Shown here one piece after another: positions 28,069 through 38,068 of a DNA stretch of 64,000 nucleotides. The notes under the pieces were generated by a model. The model did no database searches. It was not told the DNA's origin and saw only the letters and a list, made by a program, of their open reading frames with translations. How positions within the stretch are numbered: position 1 is the first letter of the stretch; every line of letters starts with the position of its first letter. The position numbers and the translations under genes are program-made. The stretch lies in NCBI GenBank assembly GCA_030427725.1, contig JAUICV010000002.1:136436-200435 (forward strand), written 5' to 3'. Source of the DNA: Chlamydiia bacterium. Its GTDB lineage: Bacteria; Chlamydiota; Chlamydiia; Chlamydiales; GCA-2402025.

Positions 28069-29445
28069 ATGGAATTTGTTCACGGATCATACGAAAAAGG
28101 CCGCACAATAGCAGCTATTGCAACACCTCCAGGAGAAGGTGGAATAAGCGTTATTAGAATTTCTGGAAATGAAGCTCTAACAGTTGCAGATAAGCTGTTT
28201 TCTGGAAATGTGTATTCATATAAAACTCACACAGCGCACCTTGGAAAAGTTTTAGACCCTAAAGGTTTTGTAATCGACGAAGCGTTGCTTCTTGTCATGC
28301 TCGGGAACAAGTCTTTCACAGGAGAAGACACCGTTGAGATTCAATGCCACGGAGGAAGGCTGATCACTCAAAAAATCTTGCAAACCGTATTAAGCTTTGG
28401 AGCTTCCCCTGCTTTAGCAGGAGAGTTTTCTTTCAAAGCCTACATGAATGATAAAATTGACTTAACTCAAGCAGAAGCTATTCAAGACCTTATCTCTGCA
28501 AAAAACGGCTATGCAATGAAAACAGCCAAAGAGCAACTTCTTGGTAGTCTTAAAGACTTAGTTAACAGCTTCCAAGCAGAACTTGTTGAAATTGCAGCTG
28601 TTTTAGAAGCATGGGTTGACTATCCTGAAGAGGGGTTAGACTTTATGGGTGCAACAGATATGTACGCCTCTTTAAAAAACACATTATCCTCGATGAAGCA
28701 TTTAAGAGACACCTTTCATGATGGCCACATCATAAAAGATGGGATCTCTCTATGTTTAGTAGGCCTTCCAAACGCAGGAAAATCTTCCCTATTAAACGCT
28801 CTTTTGAAAAAAGATCGAGCAATCGTTACAGAAATTGAAGGAACAACTCGAGATGTTTTAGAAGAGGACCTAACTCTTGGGAATTTAAACTTCAGGCTTA
28901 TTGACACTGCTGGAATCCGTAAAACGCAAGAACTCGTTGAAAAAGAAGGTATTAAAAGATCTGAAAAAGCGTACCAAAGTGCTGATATTATCTTATTTGT
29001 AATTGATCTAGAGCTTGGGTTCTGTGAAAAAGCACTCGCCTTATACAAGAACCTACCTAAAAACAAGACCATCTTGGTCTTTAATAAAAATGATAGCAAA
29101 CAAAAGAAAGCAATTACAACAAACCATACTAGGAATGTTTTTATTTCCGCAAAAAACAAAACAGGTCTTTTGGAACTCAAAGAAGAAATCTTTTCTCTTT
29201 TATGGGAAGGCGGAACTCCTCCTACAGAAGAAATATTGCTAACTAACTCAAGACATTTTCATGCCTTATCAAGTGCTATTATGCATTTAGAAAATGTGCT
29301 TTTAGCCCTTGAGACTAACAACTCACCTGAAATTATTTGTTTAGATATAAAAGACGCTTTAAAACAGCTTGGATCTATTTCAGGAACCGACATAACAGAG
29401 GACGTCTTGGGCGCAATTTTTTCTAAATTCTGTGTTGGTAAGTAA
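28069..29445 (+). CDS. mnmE: tRNA modification GTPase MnmE (TrmE/ThdF)
   Basis: TIAAIATPPGEGGISVIRISG, G1 GLPNAGKSSLLNAL, DTAGIR, NKND, C-terminal FCVGK. Confidence 0.9.
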   Translation: MEFVHGSYEKGRTIAAIATPPGEGGISVIRISGNEALTVADKLFSGNVYSYKTHTAHLGKVLDPKGFVIDEALLLVMLGNKSFTGEDTVEIQCHGGRLITQKILQTVLSFGASPALAGEFSFKAYMNDKIDLTQAEAIQDLISAKNGYAMKTAKEQLLGSLKDLVNSFQAELVEIAAVLEAWVDYPEEGLDFMGATDMYASLKNTLSSMKHLRDTFHDGHIIKDGISLCLVGLPNAGKSSLLNALLKKDRAIVTEIEGTTRDVLEEDLTLGNLNFRLIDTAGIRKTQELVEKEGIKRSEKAYQSADIILFVIDLELGFCEKALALYKNLPKNKTILVFNKNDSKQKKAITTNHTRNVFISAKNKTGLLELKEEIFSLLWEGGTPPTEEILLTNSRHFHALSSAIMHLENVLLALETNNSPEIICLDIKDALKQLGSISGTDITEDVLGAIFSKFCVGK

Positions 29446-29448
29446 AAC

Positions 29449-30078
29449 ATGACAACAAAAAAACAAAGAGCTGCTTTTGTTCAAAAAATTTTAGATGAAA
29501 AATTTCCGAACCCAGACATTCCCCTGGATCACAAAGACCCTTTTACTCTTTTAATAGCCGTTCTGCTCTCAGCGCAATGCACCGATAAAAAAGTCAATGA
29601 AGTAACTCCCAAGCTTTTTACATTAGCGTCTACTCCAAAAGCTATGGCTAAACTCTCTTCTCAAGATATTGAAAAAATCATAAAACCCTGTGGGCTTGCC
29701 CCAACAAAATCTAAAGCCATTCAAAAGCTATCTAAAATCCTTGTAGAATCCTATAACTCATATGTTCCTGAAACATTAGCAGAGCTTGAACATCTACCAG
29801 GAGTAGGACATAAAACAGCATCAGTTGTGCTATGCCAAGCCTTTAAAAAACCTGCTTTCCCCGTGGACACTCACATACATAGGTGCGCTAAAAGGTGGAA
29901 ATTAAGCTCTGGGAAAAATGTGACTCAAACAGAAAAAGATTTAAAAAAACTTTTCCCGAAAATGTCCTGGATAAAACTTCACCTTCAAATTATCTATTTC
30001 GCAAGAAAATACTGTCCTGCAAAAAAACACGTCGTAGAAGATTGCCCCATATGCTTAGGGCTGAAAGACCTTTCCTAG
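29449..30078 (+). CDS. nth: Endonuclease III (HhH-GPD DNA glycosylase)
   Basis: LLSAQCTDKKVN, HhH LPGVGHKTASVVL, VDTHIHR. The C-terminal Cys cluster is CPAKKHVVEDCPIC: only three Cys with non-canonical spacing versus the usual C-x6-C-x2-C-x5-C. Confidence 0.85.
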   Translation: MTTKKQRAAFVQKILDEKFPNPDIPLDHKDPFTLLIAVLLSAQCTDKKVNEVTPKLFTLASTPKAMAKLSSQDIEKIIKPCGLAPTKSKAIQKLSKILVESYNSYVPETLAELEHLPGVGHKTASVVLCQAFKKPAFPVDTHIHRCAKRWKLSSGKNVTQTEKDLKKLFPKMSWIKLHLQIIYFARKYCPAKKHVVEDCPICLGLKDLS

Positions 30079-30972
30079 CCTTTGTCCAAAAAGGGCCCTA
30101 ACTTCCAGCCCCTGTTTAGAATAGAGCTTTAAGTCCTTTTCGAATTCAACCCGATTTTTTTCAAAAAGCATGATGACGCTAGACCCTCCAAACTCAAAAA
30201 AACCCTTTTCCTCGCCTTTTTTGATACAGCTATTTTCTTTGAAGGTCTGCTTGATACTTCCAACGAACGTAGCTCCTACTTCAACAAACAGTATTTCGCC
30301 AAAATGTTCTGTCTGAATGAGCGTCATCTCTCTTTTGTTTTGCCATAAAATTTTAAGCCGCTTTCTTAAAGCTAAGGGGTTTACTGAATACAAAAAACCG
30401 TTAATAAGTTTGGTTTTTTTCGCTATCCCATCACATGGAAAATGAAACCTATGATAATCAGTTGGACAAAGCCTAGCCAAAACTAAAGATCCCTCTTTAT
30501 ATTTTTGGACCAAGCCATCATTTTTCAAAAGTTTTGAAAGATTAAACTTTTGACCCTTAACAAAAAAACCTTGCTGATCTGATAAGTTTTCAACAACCAG
30601 ATAACGTCCATCAGCTGGCATCACAATAGATTTTGAGTCCCAATCTATAGGTCTTGCACTCGGCTTGAGTTTACGGATAAAAAAATCATTAAAATTTTCA
30701 AAACCATTAATTTTTTTTTCAAATTCAGAAACATCTATGTGAAATTTTTCTATAAAAGGCCTAATTTTCTTTTTAGAAAATCTTTGTGTTTGTATCCATC
30801 CATAGAATCTAGACATCAAGGAAAGTTTTGAAAGAATAGGTCTAATTAGCTTGGCAAACGCCCTACAAAATCTATTGTTTCCATAGAGAAATTCTAAAAA
30901 AATTTGTCCATAAATCTTTTCTTGTTCAACTTTTCCTGAGGTTCGGTCAAAGAAAAAAACCCTGTTTTTCAT
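30055..30972 (-). CDS. psd: Phosphatidylserine decarboxylase proenzyme
   Basis: FDRTSGKVEQEKIYG N-terminus; HRFHFPCDG; self-cleavage site FEFGGSSVIMLF. I prefer ATG at 30972 (MKNRVFFF...) over the track start 31020. The 3' end overlaps nth by 24 nt (convergent). Confidence 0.85.
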   Translation of the reverse strand: MKNRVFFFDRTSGKVEQEKIYGQIFLEFLYGNNRFCRAFAKLIRPILSKLSLMSRFYGWIQTQRFSKKKIRPFIEKFHIDVSEFEKKINGFENFNDFFIRKLKPSARPIDWDSKSIVMPADGRYLVVENLSDQQGFFVKGQKFNLSKLLKNDGLVQKYKEGSLVLARLCPTDYHRFHFPCDGIAKKTKLINGFLYSVNPLALRKRLKILWQNKREMTLIQTEHFGEILFVEVGATFVGSIKQTFKENSCIKKGEEKGFFEFGGSSVIMLFEKNRVEFEKDLKLYSKQGLEVRALFGQRLGKVFQP

Positions 30973-31120
30973 AGAAGTAGAAATTGCTCCATGCAGAATA
31001 AAAATTACCATTTTAATCAATTATGACCTAAAATAGAATGGTAAAAAAAATGTTTGGTGCTCTATAGCTCTCAAAGAAATTCTTACAAAAAAACTTCTTC
31101 AATAAAGGTTTGTTTTACAG

Positions 31121-34078
31121 ATGTCAGCTCTCTTAAAAAAACTCTTTGGAACCGCTCAAAGTAGACAATTAAAAAAATATTCAAAACTCGTGAAAGAGGT
31201 CAATAGCTTCGACGAGAAATTTCAATCTTTATCAGAAGAGGAGCTTCGCTCTAAGACAGCTGAGCTCAAAAATCGCTACAAACAAGGCGAGTCTCTCGAC
31301 GCTCTTCTACCAGAAGCCTATGGACTTGTCAAAGTTGCGTGCCGGCAATTAGTAGGTACAGAAGTTGATGTTTCTGGATATTCCCAAAAATGGGACATGG
31401 TACCCTATGATGTTCAGATCCTAGGAGCTATTTCTATGCACTATGGAAGTGTATCAGAGATGCAAACTGGAGAAGGTAAAACGCTAACAGCTTCAATGCC
31501 CCTTTTTCTAAATTCCTTATCTGGAAAGCCTGTCCACTTAGTCACCGTAAACGATTACTTAGCTCAAAGAGACTGTGAATGGATTGGGGCTATTTTTAGA
31601 AAGCTTGGCATCATCGTTAAACCTCTTACATCGCAAACACCTCCACAGGAAAGAAAGGATGTATATCAGGCAGATATCGTCTACGGAACCTCCTCTGAGT
31701 TTGGATTCGATTACCTAAGAGACAATTCTATGGCGCATCGTATTGAAGAGCAGTGCCAAAGAGGTCATTTTTTTGCCATCGTTGATGAAATTGATTCTAT
31801 TTTAATCGACGAAGCTAGGACGCCTCTTATTATTTCAGGGCCTTCAAATGCCTCAACACAAATGTATGACACTTTGAAAGATCCCGTAAGTTATATCGTG
31901 AAAAAGCAAAGAGATCTTTGTAACAAGTTGGCGTCTGAATCAAAAAAAGTATTGGACAACCTTGGAAGTCTAAAAGAATACACAGCTGATGAGAGCAAAC
32001 CAAAGCTATCTAAAGATCAAAATGAACAACTTCAAACTGCCCTTAGAAACCTTTGGCTTGTCAGCAAAGGAACTCCTCAAAATAAGCTTCTAAAAAGGGT
32101 TAAAGAACATCCCGATATTAGAGCTGATCTTGAGAAAATAGAAACCTATTTCCATGCTGAACCTAATAAAGAAGAAAGACAGGACATCCTCTCTGAGCTA
32201 TATATCATCATCGAAGAGCGTTCTAGCGAATACGAATTGACAGACAAAGGTATACAAACCTGGTCTACTTACCAAAATTCCCCAGATGCCGCGAATGATT
32301 TTGTCATGCTAGACTTGGGAGAAGAATATGCTCGCATCGATGACAATCAAGAGTTTTCTGAAGAAGATAAAATGGCTGAAAAAGTTCGAGTTCGAGAAGA
32401 AGATGCAAAGCGTAAAGAAAGGGCTCACAACTTAAGACAGCTCTTTAGAGCTCACCTTCTTATGGAAAAAGATATCGACTATATCATCGAAGATCGAAAG
32501 ATTGTGATTATCGACGAAAATACAGGGCGACCTCAACCTGGAAGAAGATTCTCTGATGGTCTGCATCAAGCTATTGAAGCAAAGGAAAGCTGCCCTATTC
32601 AGCAAGAAACTCAAACTTACGCTACGATTACTTTGCAAAATTACTTTAGAATGTACGACAAGTTAGCCGGCATGACAGGTACTGCTATGACAGAGGCTAA
32701 TGAGTTAAAGCAAATATACAAGATTGATGTTTTAGAAATTCCAACTCACAGAAAGTGCGTTCGTCAAGATCTTAACGATGAAATTTATATGACAGAGCGT
32801 GAAAAATATAACGCTATTGTCAAAGACATCACCGAAATCCACTCTAAAGGACAAGCGATTCTAATAGGAACGGAGTCTGTTGAAGTTTCTGAAAAACTCT
32901 CCAGAATTTTAAAACAGAACAAACTTCCTCATACGATCTTAAACGCTAAAAACCACGCAAAAGAAGCAGAGATTATTGCTGATGCTGGGAAAAAAGGAGC
33001 CATAACAGTGGCAACCAACATGGCAGGGCGTGGAACAGATATTAAATTAGATACAGAGGTCGCTCAAAATGGAGGCCTTTATGTCATTGGTACGACAAGG
33101 CACCAATCAAGAAGAATCGATAGACAGTTAAGAGGTCGTTGCGCTAGACAAGGAGATCCGGGCGCTTCGAAATTCTATGTCTCTTTTGAAGACTCTTTAA
33201 TGAGGCTTTTTGCGTCTCCAAAGTTAACCATGTTTTTACAGAAGTTTAGACCTCCTGAAGGAGAGCCAATTTCTGCTCCGATTCTTAATAAATCTATAGA
33301 AACTGCTCAGAAAAGAGTTGAGCAAAGAAACTATGCCATTCGAAAACACACTCTTGAATATGACGATGTCATGAATAAGCAGCGGCAAGAAATATACGCC
33401 TTTAGAAACGAGATCCTGTCTACAGATGATCCGATTTCAATCTGCTATGGCATTATCGAAAACATGAGTGAGATGAATGCAGAAAAATTCTTTACCTCGA
33501 GATCCGATGAATTTGGTTGGGACGCTAGAGGATTTGCAGATTGGATTATCAGCAACTTCCCGGTTTCTGCCGAAGCTAAAGAGTTTGATAATGACGATAT
33601 TACAATCGAAGAGATCAAACAAACAGCTTCAAAAAGAATTTTAGATGCCTTTAAAAAGAAGCTTGATCATCAAGTAGATATCATTGCGCACATACAAAAA
33701 TCTGCTCAACGAGACATTGAGCCAATTTCTGTGATCAAAGACATTGTTAGAAGCGTATTAATAGCCAATATAGACAGACACTGGCAAGAGCACTTGTTAG
33801 CTATTGATCATCTAAGAACTGAAGTGAACTTACGAGTTGTTGGGCAAAAAGACCCTCTACAAGAGTTTAAACATGAAGCGTTTTATCTCTTTGATCAGTT
33901 CACAACAACTGTTCGAGAAGAAATAGCTCATGCTCTTTATAAATTCGAGATGATGCCCCCTCAAGAACAACCTCTACATGAATCTATCTCGTCTTTACAA
34001 AGTAGAAACTATCCAAGATTTTACTCTGAAGAAAGTGAAGTAGAAGTCGAGTCAGAACTAAAGCTCATTAAAAGTTAG
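31121..34078 (+). CDS. secA: Preprotein translocase ATPase SecA
   Basis: MQTGEGKTL (Walker A), VDEIDSILIDEARTPLIISG, TNMAGRGTDIKL, LRGRCARQGDPG; 985 aa. Confidence 0.95.
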   Translation: MSALLKKLFGTAQSRQLKKYSKLVKEVNSFDEKFQSLSEEELRSKTAELKNRYKQGESLDALLPEAYGLVKVACRQLVGTEVDVSGYSQKWDMVPYDVQILGAISMHYGSVSEMQTGEGKTLTASMPLFLNSLSGKPVHLVTVNDYLAQRDCEWIGAIFRKLGIIVKPLTSQTPPQERKDVYQADIVYGTSSEFGFDYLRDNSMAHRIEEQCQRGHFFAIVDEIDSILIDEARTPLIISGPSNASTQMYDTLKDPVSYIVKKQRDLCNKLASESKKVLDNLGSLKEYTADESKPKLSKDQNEQLQTALRNLWLVSKGTPQNKLLKRVKEHPDIRADLEKIETYFHAEPNKEERQDILSELYIIIEERSSEYELTDKGIQTWSTYQNSPDAANDFVMLDLGEEYARIDDNQEFSEEDKMAEKVRVREEDAKRKERAHNLRQLFRAHLLMEKDIDYIIEDRKIVIIDENTGRPQPGRRFSDGLHQAIEAKESCPIQQETQTYATITLQNYFRMYDKLAGMTGTAMTEANELKQIYKIDVLEIPTHRKCVRQDLNDEIYMTEREKYNAIVKDITEIHSKGQAILIGTESVEVSEKLSRILKQNKLPHTILNAKNHAKEAEIIADAGKKGAITVATNMAGRGTDIKLDTEVAQNGGLYVIGTTRHQSRRIDRQLRGRCARQGDPGASKFYVSFEDSLMRLFASPKLTMFLQKFRPPEGEPISAPILNKSIETAQKRVEQRNYAIRKHTLEYDDVMNKQRQEIYAFRNEILSTDDPISICYGIIENMSEMNAEKFFTSRSDEFGWDARGFADWIISNFPVSAEAKEFDNDDITIEEIKQTASKRILDAFKKKLDHQVDIIAHIQKSAQRDIEPISVIKDIVRSVLIANIDRHWQEHLLAIDHLRTEVNLRVVGQKDPLQEFKHEAFYLFDQFTTTVREEIAHALYKFEMMPPQEQPLHESISSLQSRNYPRFYSEESEVEVESELKLIKS

Positions 34079-34084
34079 TATGAA

Positions 34085-34111
34085 GAGGGACTTTTAGTCC
34101 CTTTCTTCTTC
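34085..34111 (+). terminator. Possible intrinsic terminator after secA
   Basis: GAGGGAC-TTTTA-GTCCCTT (7-bp stem including one G-U) followed by the pyrimidine-rich TCTTCTTC. Overlaps the 3' end of the convergent gene. Confidence 0.35.
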
Positions 34112-34615
34112 AAATTCTTTAGCTCCCCTAAGAAGCTTCCAGCCAAAAGCTAGAAGTGGGGTAGATAAGATGCAATATATGAACCAAAAATGACTGTTCC
34201 ACTCAAGTGTTAAAACGCCTCTATCTGAGAAGAAAAACAAAAGCAAACCAAGCGTCATCAAATTCATACCAAGCGAAAGAAATAAAAGAGGCCAAACACC
34301 CGGCTCTGATTTAACGTCTCTTTCAAAGCTTTCCTCATCCTCAAACTGATAAGATCGGTCCATCTCATCATCCACGTCTTCTTCGTACATAGACTCTTCT
34401 TGAGTTTCATAACTCGGAATCCCAAGCGATGATCTTGTTGGACTATAAGGAGGATTATAAAGATTAGAAAGCTGCTTTTCAGAAGCAGGGCCATCATCTA
34501 ATGATTTTAGATCCTCGATGAGGTTGCTTCCACAAAAAGGACAAAACTGAGCCTCGACACTAACGTGCCCGTCGCAGTTCCAACACATTTTAGATGTATG
34601 ATTTGCTATATCCAT
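34094..34615 (-). CDS. Zinc-ribbon membrane protein (hypothetical)
   Basis: CWNCDGHVSVEAQFCPFCGSNL (CxxC...CxxC zinc ribbon), acidic linker, two C-terminal TM helices (VWPLLFLSLGMNLMTLGLLLFFF; FWFIYCILSTPLLAFGW). Confidence 0.6.
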   Translation of the reverse strand: MDIANHTSKMCWNCDGHVSVEAQFCPFCGSNLIEDLKSLDDGPASEKQLSNLYNPPYSPTRSSLGIPSYETQEESMYEEDVDDEMDRSYQFEDEESFERDVKSEPGVWPLLFLSLGMNLMTLGLLLFFFSDRGVLTLEWNSHFWFIYCILSTPLLAFGWKLLRGAKEFEEERD

Positions 34616-34767
34616 GAAATATTAAGCCTCTCCGGAGACCTCAGCATATGTTTTTAACACAATAAATCCAAGGAAGATATCCCCATTAGACAGATATCCT
34701 CATAAGTGGACAGATATCATATGAGTTTGTAATTAGAAAGATTTTTTTCTACTTTAGTTTGATCTCT

Positions 34768-35619
34768 TTATCTCCAACTCTCAGCCCAGTAATGAATTGC
34801 AAAAGTTTCCGGAATGCAAAAGCTTCTTATTTGACTATCTAAAAGAACTCCCTTCCGATAGTCAAATCGATAACTATTCGGGAGAGGATGGAAATATCTC
34901 GTTGGATAAATCATGTAATTTTTAGGTGATTTTTTCAAAGACCTACACAAACTACGAGTCAAAAGGAAGGGCCCTGTTTGATACCATGGATTATTTAGTT
35001 GATTAGCCTTTATACCCTTCAACTTGTCTAAAAGATCTTTTATTGCAGGGTGGCCTGGGATGACACCTATGACAGAGTTTGCAATATATGTCTGATCTCC
35101 TAGGGATGTGAAAAAACTATGAGCATTAACTAAAACATCTAAAGGCCTGATGCACTCAAAATCGATATCAACATAGACACCCCCAAATTGATAAAGGATT
35201 TCATAGCGAAGTATATCTGCTTTTGCTCCAATAGAAGCTACTTGATTGAATGCCTTACGACACATCGTAAACTTAAAATTCTCTAAGTCTTGATCGGTCC
35301 AAAGCTTGTATTCCCAATCTGGATGCTTTTTCTTCCAAGTCTCTATTAACCCTTGGAATTTCTTCGGCAAAGGTCCTCCTATCCAAATCTGGTGGAGTTT
35401 TTTTGGAATTCGCTTATGAGCCTCTGGTGCAATTTCGAAATGATTTGTTTCAAAAAGTTTTTTCACAAAATGACAGAGTTTGTTTGCTTTTGAGTTGCTA
35501 TACTCACTTTCCATAGACTGCTCAAAACATGTAAATGATAGGCAACTTACTGAAAAAAATCCCAAAATTCTAAATATTTTTTTGTTTTTTGAATCTTTCT
35601 TCTCTATAAAATGCGTCAT
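34768..35619 (-). CDS. DXD-motif glycosyltransferase (GT32 / Gly_transf_sug-like) with N-terminal membrane anchor
   Basis: IPKKLHQIWIGGPLP...HPDWEYKLWTD...KADILRYEILYQFGGVYVDIDFECIRPL matches the Och1/Sur1/TcdA-type sugar-binding region. N-terminal hydrophobic segment IFRILGFFSVSCLSFTCF. Confidence 0.75.
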   Translation of the reverse strand: MTHFIEKKDSKNKKIFRILGFFSVSCLSFTCFEQSMESEYSNSKANKLCHFVKKLFETNHFEIAPEAHKRIPKKLHQIWIGGPLPKKFQGLIETWKKKHPDWEYKLWTDQDLENFKFTMCRKAFNQVASIGAKADILRYEILYQFGGVYVDIDFECIRPLDVLVNAHSFFTSLGDQTYIANSVIGVIPGHPAIKDLLDKLKGIKANQLNNPWYQTGPFLLTRSLCRSLKKSPKNYMIYPTRYFHPLPNSYRFDYRKGVLLDSQIRSFCIPETFAIHYWAESWR

Positions 35620-35685
35620 AAGTTTGTAATGCTAGAAATTCAATTTTTGCTTATCCTTAAAGGTTGAATCATATGGATAGAGAAG

Positions 35686-37089
35686 ATGAAAAATAAAGAT
35701 AATTTTGACATTGTTGTTATAGGAGCTGGCCCAGGGGGTTACGTTGCAGCTATAAAAGCTGCTCTAAAAGGGAAAAAAGTCGCCCTTATTGAAAAAAGTC
35801 ACCTTGGGGGAACGTGTTTAAATGTCGGGTGCATTCCGACTAAAACTCTCATTGCAAATGCTCAAATTTTAGAAAAAATTGCAAAAGCTTCTCAATTTGG
35901 TATCAATATTAAAGACTACTCTTTTGATTATTCCAAAATGAAAGAGAGAAAAGACAATGTTGTTGAGACCATTAGAAAAAGCTTAGGCTCTTTATTAAAA
36001 AGCCACGGCATCCATGTTTTTTTTGGTGGTGCAAAATTTTTATCTCCTAAAGAAATTAAAATATCCGGTGAAGAAAAAAAGGTTCTTAAAGGTGATAAAA
36101 TCATTATTGCTACAGGATCCACAACCCTGGATATAAAAGCATTTCCATGCGACCATAAAAACATCTTAAACTCTACCTCTATCTTAGAGATGAGCTCACT
36201 TCCAAAATCACTTATTGTCGTCGGAGGAGGTTATATTGGCTCCGAATTTGCATCGCTTTTTGCAGAAATGGGAGTCAAGGTGACAATTTTAGAGGCTTTG
36301 GATTCTATCGTTAAGGCTCAAGGCGCTTCTATCTCCAATTTCCTAACAAAAAAGTTTAAAGACAAAGGCATCTCGATCAAGACATCAGTGAAAGTCTCCT
36401 CTATTGAGTCTTTTGAAAATAGCGCTACCGTTCACTTAGAAAATGGAGATACTTTATCTGCAGATAAAGTATTAATCTCTATTGGTAGAAAAATAGTATC
36501 TGACAACTTAGACATTACAAAAGCTGGGCTTAAAACAAATGCAAATGGTTCAATCGATGTCGATGAAAGAATGCAAACAGAAGTTCCTGGGATTTATGCA
36601 ATTGGAGATGTTACAGGAAAAGCTATGCTAGCTCATGTAGCTTCCCATCAAGGTATAGTAGCTGCCACCAATGCTACAGGTGGAAATGCCCTTATGCACT
36701 ATCATGCAGTTCCTGCTGTTATTTTCACTTTACCTGAAGTTGCAGTTGTTGGAATGACTTTAGAAGAAGCCCTACAAAAAAATTATAAAGCAAAAGCTGG
36801 CGCATTTCCTTTTCAAGCACTTGGAAAATCCCAAGCTACCATGGATACGGAAGGATTTGCTCAAGTGATCTTTGATGAAGACACACACGAGATCTTAGGT
36901 GCACAAGTTATCGGTCACGACGCCTCAGCGCTTATAGGAGAGATGGCACTAGCCATTCAAAATGAATTAACTTTGGAGTGTATCACAGAAACCATTCACG
37001 CTCACCCAACCGTTGCAGAGGCGTGGCTTGAAGCTGCTTTGATAGCAAATGATACCCCCATCCACTTTCCACCAAAACTTAAAAAATGA
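35686..37089 (+). CDS. lpdA: Dihydrolipoyl dehydrogenase (E3)
   Basis: VVIGAGPGGYVAAIKAA, redox disulfide GGTCLNVGCIPTK, VVGGGYIGSEFA, C-terminal HAHPTVAE. Confidence 0.9.
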   Translation: MKNKDNFDIVVIGAGPGGYVAAIKAALKGKKVALIEKSHLGGTCLNVGCIPTKTLIANAQILEKIAKASQFGINIKDYSFDYSKMKERKDNVVETIRKSLGSLLKSHGIHVFFGGAKFLSPKEIKISGEEKKVLKGDKIIIATGSTTLDIKAFPCDHKNILNSTSILEMSSLPKSLIVVGGGYIGSEFASLFAEMGVKVTILEALDSIVKAQGASISNFLTKKFKDKGISIKTSVKVSSIESFENSATVHLENGDTLSADKVLISIGRKIVSDNLDITKAGLKTNANGSIDVDERMQTEVPGIYAIGDVTGKAMLAHVASHQGIVAATNATGGNALMHYHAVPAVIFTLPEVAVVGMTLEEALQKNYKAKAGAFPFQALGKSQATMDTEGFAQVIFDEDTHEILGAQVIGHDASALIGEMALAIQNELTLECITETIHAHPTVAEAWLEAALIANDTPIHFPPKLKK

Positions 37090-37096
37090 GAAAGCT

Positions 37097-38068
37097 ATGA
37101 CACAAGAGCTTTTCGATATCAAGCCCAAGATAAAAAAGAACAAACTTCCAGAAAACCCAGATGACAACTCATCGCCTAACCTTAAGCTCGGTCGCTTTCC
37201 TAAATGGCTCCATCGAAAACTTCCTGAAGGCGGCAAACTTTTTAAGACAAACACTATTATTGATAAATATCAGCTAAACACTGTTTGTGAAGAAGCAAAA
37301 TGCCCAAACAGACTTGAATGCTACTCTAAAAAAACAGCTACTTTTCTAGCGCTTGGTAAAACTTGTACAAGAGCATGCGGATTCTGTGAAATCGATTTTG
37401 CGAAAAACCCCAAAGCGCCTGATGAAGACGAGCCTGCTCGCATTGCCCTATCTGCAAAAGAACTTGGTCTTAAACATGTCGTTATTACCATGGTTGCTAG
37501 AGATGACCTACCAGACCAAGGCGCTATGCATATTGCTAAAATTATCGATGCTATTCATGAAGAAATGCCAGAGGCAACAACAGAAGTTTTAACTTCTGAT
37601 TTTTCAGGTAATAAGGAAGCTTTAGACCTTTTAGTAACAAGAGATATTGATGTTTTCAACCACAACTTAGAAACAGTTAAAAGACTAACACCAAAGGTAA
37701 GACACAAAGCGACTTATGAGAGAACCCTCGAAGTTCTCAGCTATATGAAAAATAGCAGCTTTAAAGGACTCATTAAGTCTGGAATTATGGTCGGTCTAGG
37801 AGAAACTATTGAAGAGGTTGAGCAAGCATTAAAAGATTTAAAAGAAGCTGGCTGTGATATTGTCACTATTGGTCATTACCTTCAGGCTTCAAGGTTAAAA
37901 ATCCCCGTAAAGAAATTTGTGAGCCCAGAGGAATTTAAACATTTTGAAACCTTTGGTCATAGCATAGGCATCTCAAATGTTTACTCAGGTCCCTTTGTCA
38001 GATCAAGCTATAATGCAGACCTACTTCAATCACTAACACACGAAAAAAAACTAAAGCAAAAATCATGA
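37097..38068 (+). CDS. lipA: Lipoyl synthase
   Basis: VCEEAKCPNRLEC (auxiliary cluster), radical-SAM CTRACGFC, MVGLGET. ATG at 37097 (MTQELFD) is preferred over track start 37049, which overlaps lpdA. Confidence 0.9.
   Translation: MTQELFDIKPKIKKNKLPENPDDNSSPNLKLGRFPKWLHRKLPEGGKLFKTNTIIDKYQLNTVCEEAKCPNRLECYSKKTATFLALGKTCTRACGFCEIDFAKNPKAPDEDEPARIALSAKELGLKHVVITMVARDDLPDQGAMHIAKIIDAIHEEMPEATTEVLTSDFSGNKEALDLLVTRDIDVFNHNLETVKRLTPKVRHKATYERTLEVLSYMKNSSFKGLIKSGIMVGLGETIEEVEQALKDLKEAGCDIVTIGHYLQASRLKIPVKKFVSPEEFKHFETFGHSIGISNVYSGPFVRSSYNADLLQSLTHEKKLKQKS

Noticed and set aside
28716-29450. ORFs 28716-29180(-), 29015-29242(+) and 29259-29450(-) overlapping mnmE
   Set aside because: They are embedded in mnmE, whose frame carries the G1-G4 and C-terminal CVGK motifs.
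36967-37254. Antisense ORF across the lpdA/lipA junction, and the 37049 start of the lipA track ORF
   Set aside because: The antisense ORF has no support. The 37049 start would overlap lpdA by 41 nt, while ATG 37097 follows the lpdA stop directly.
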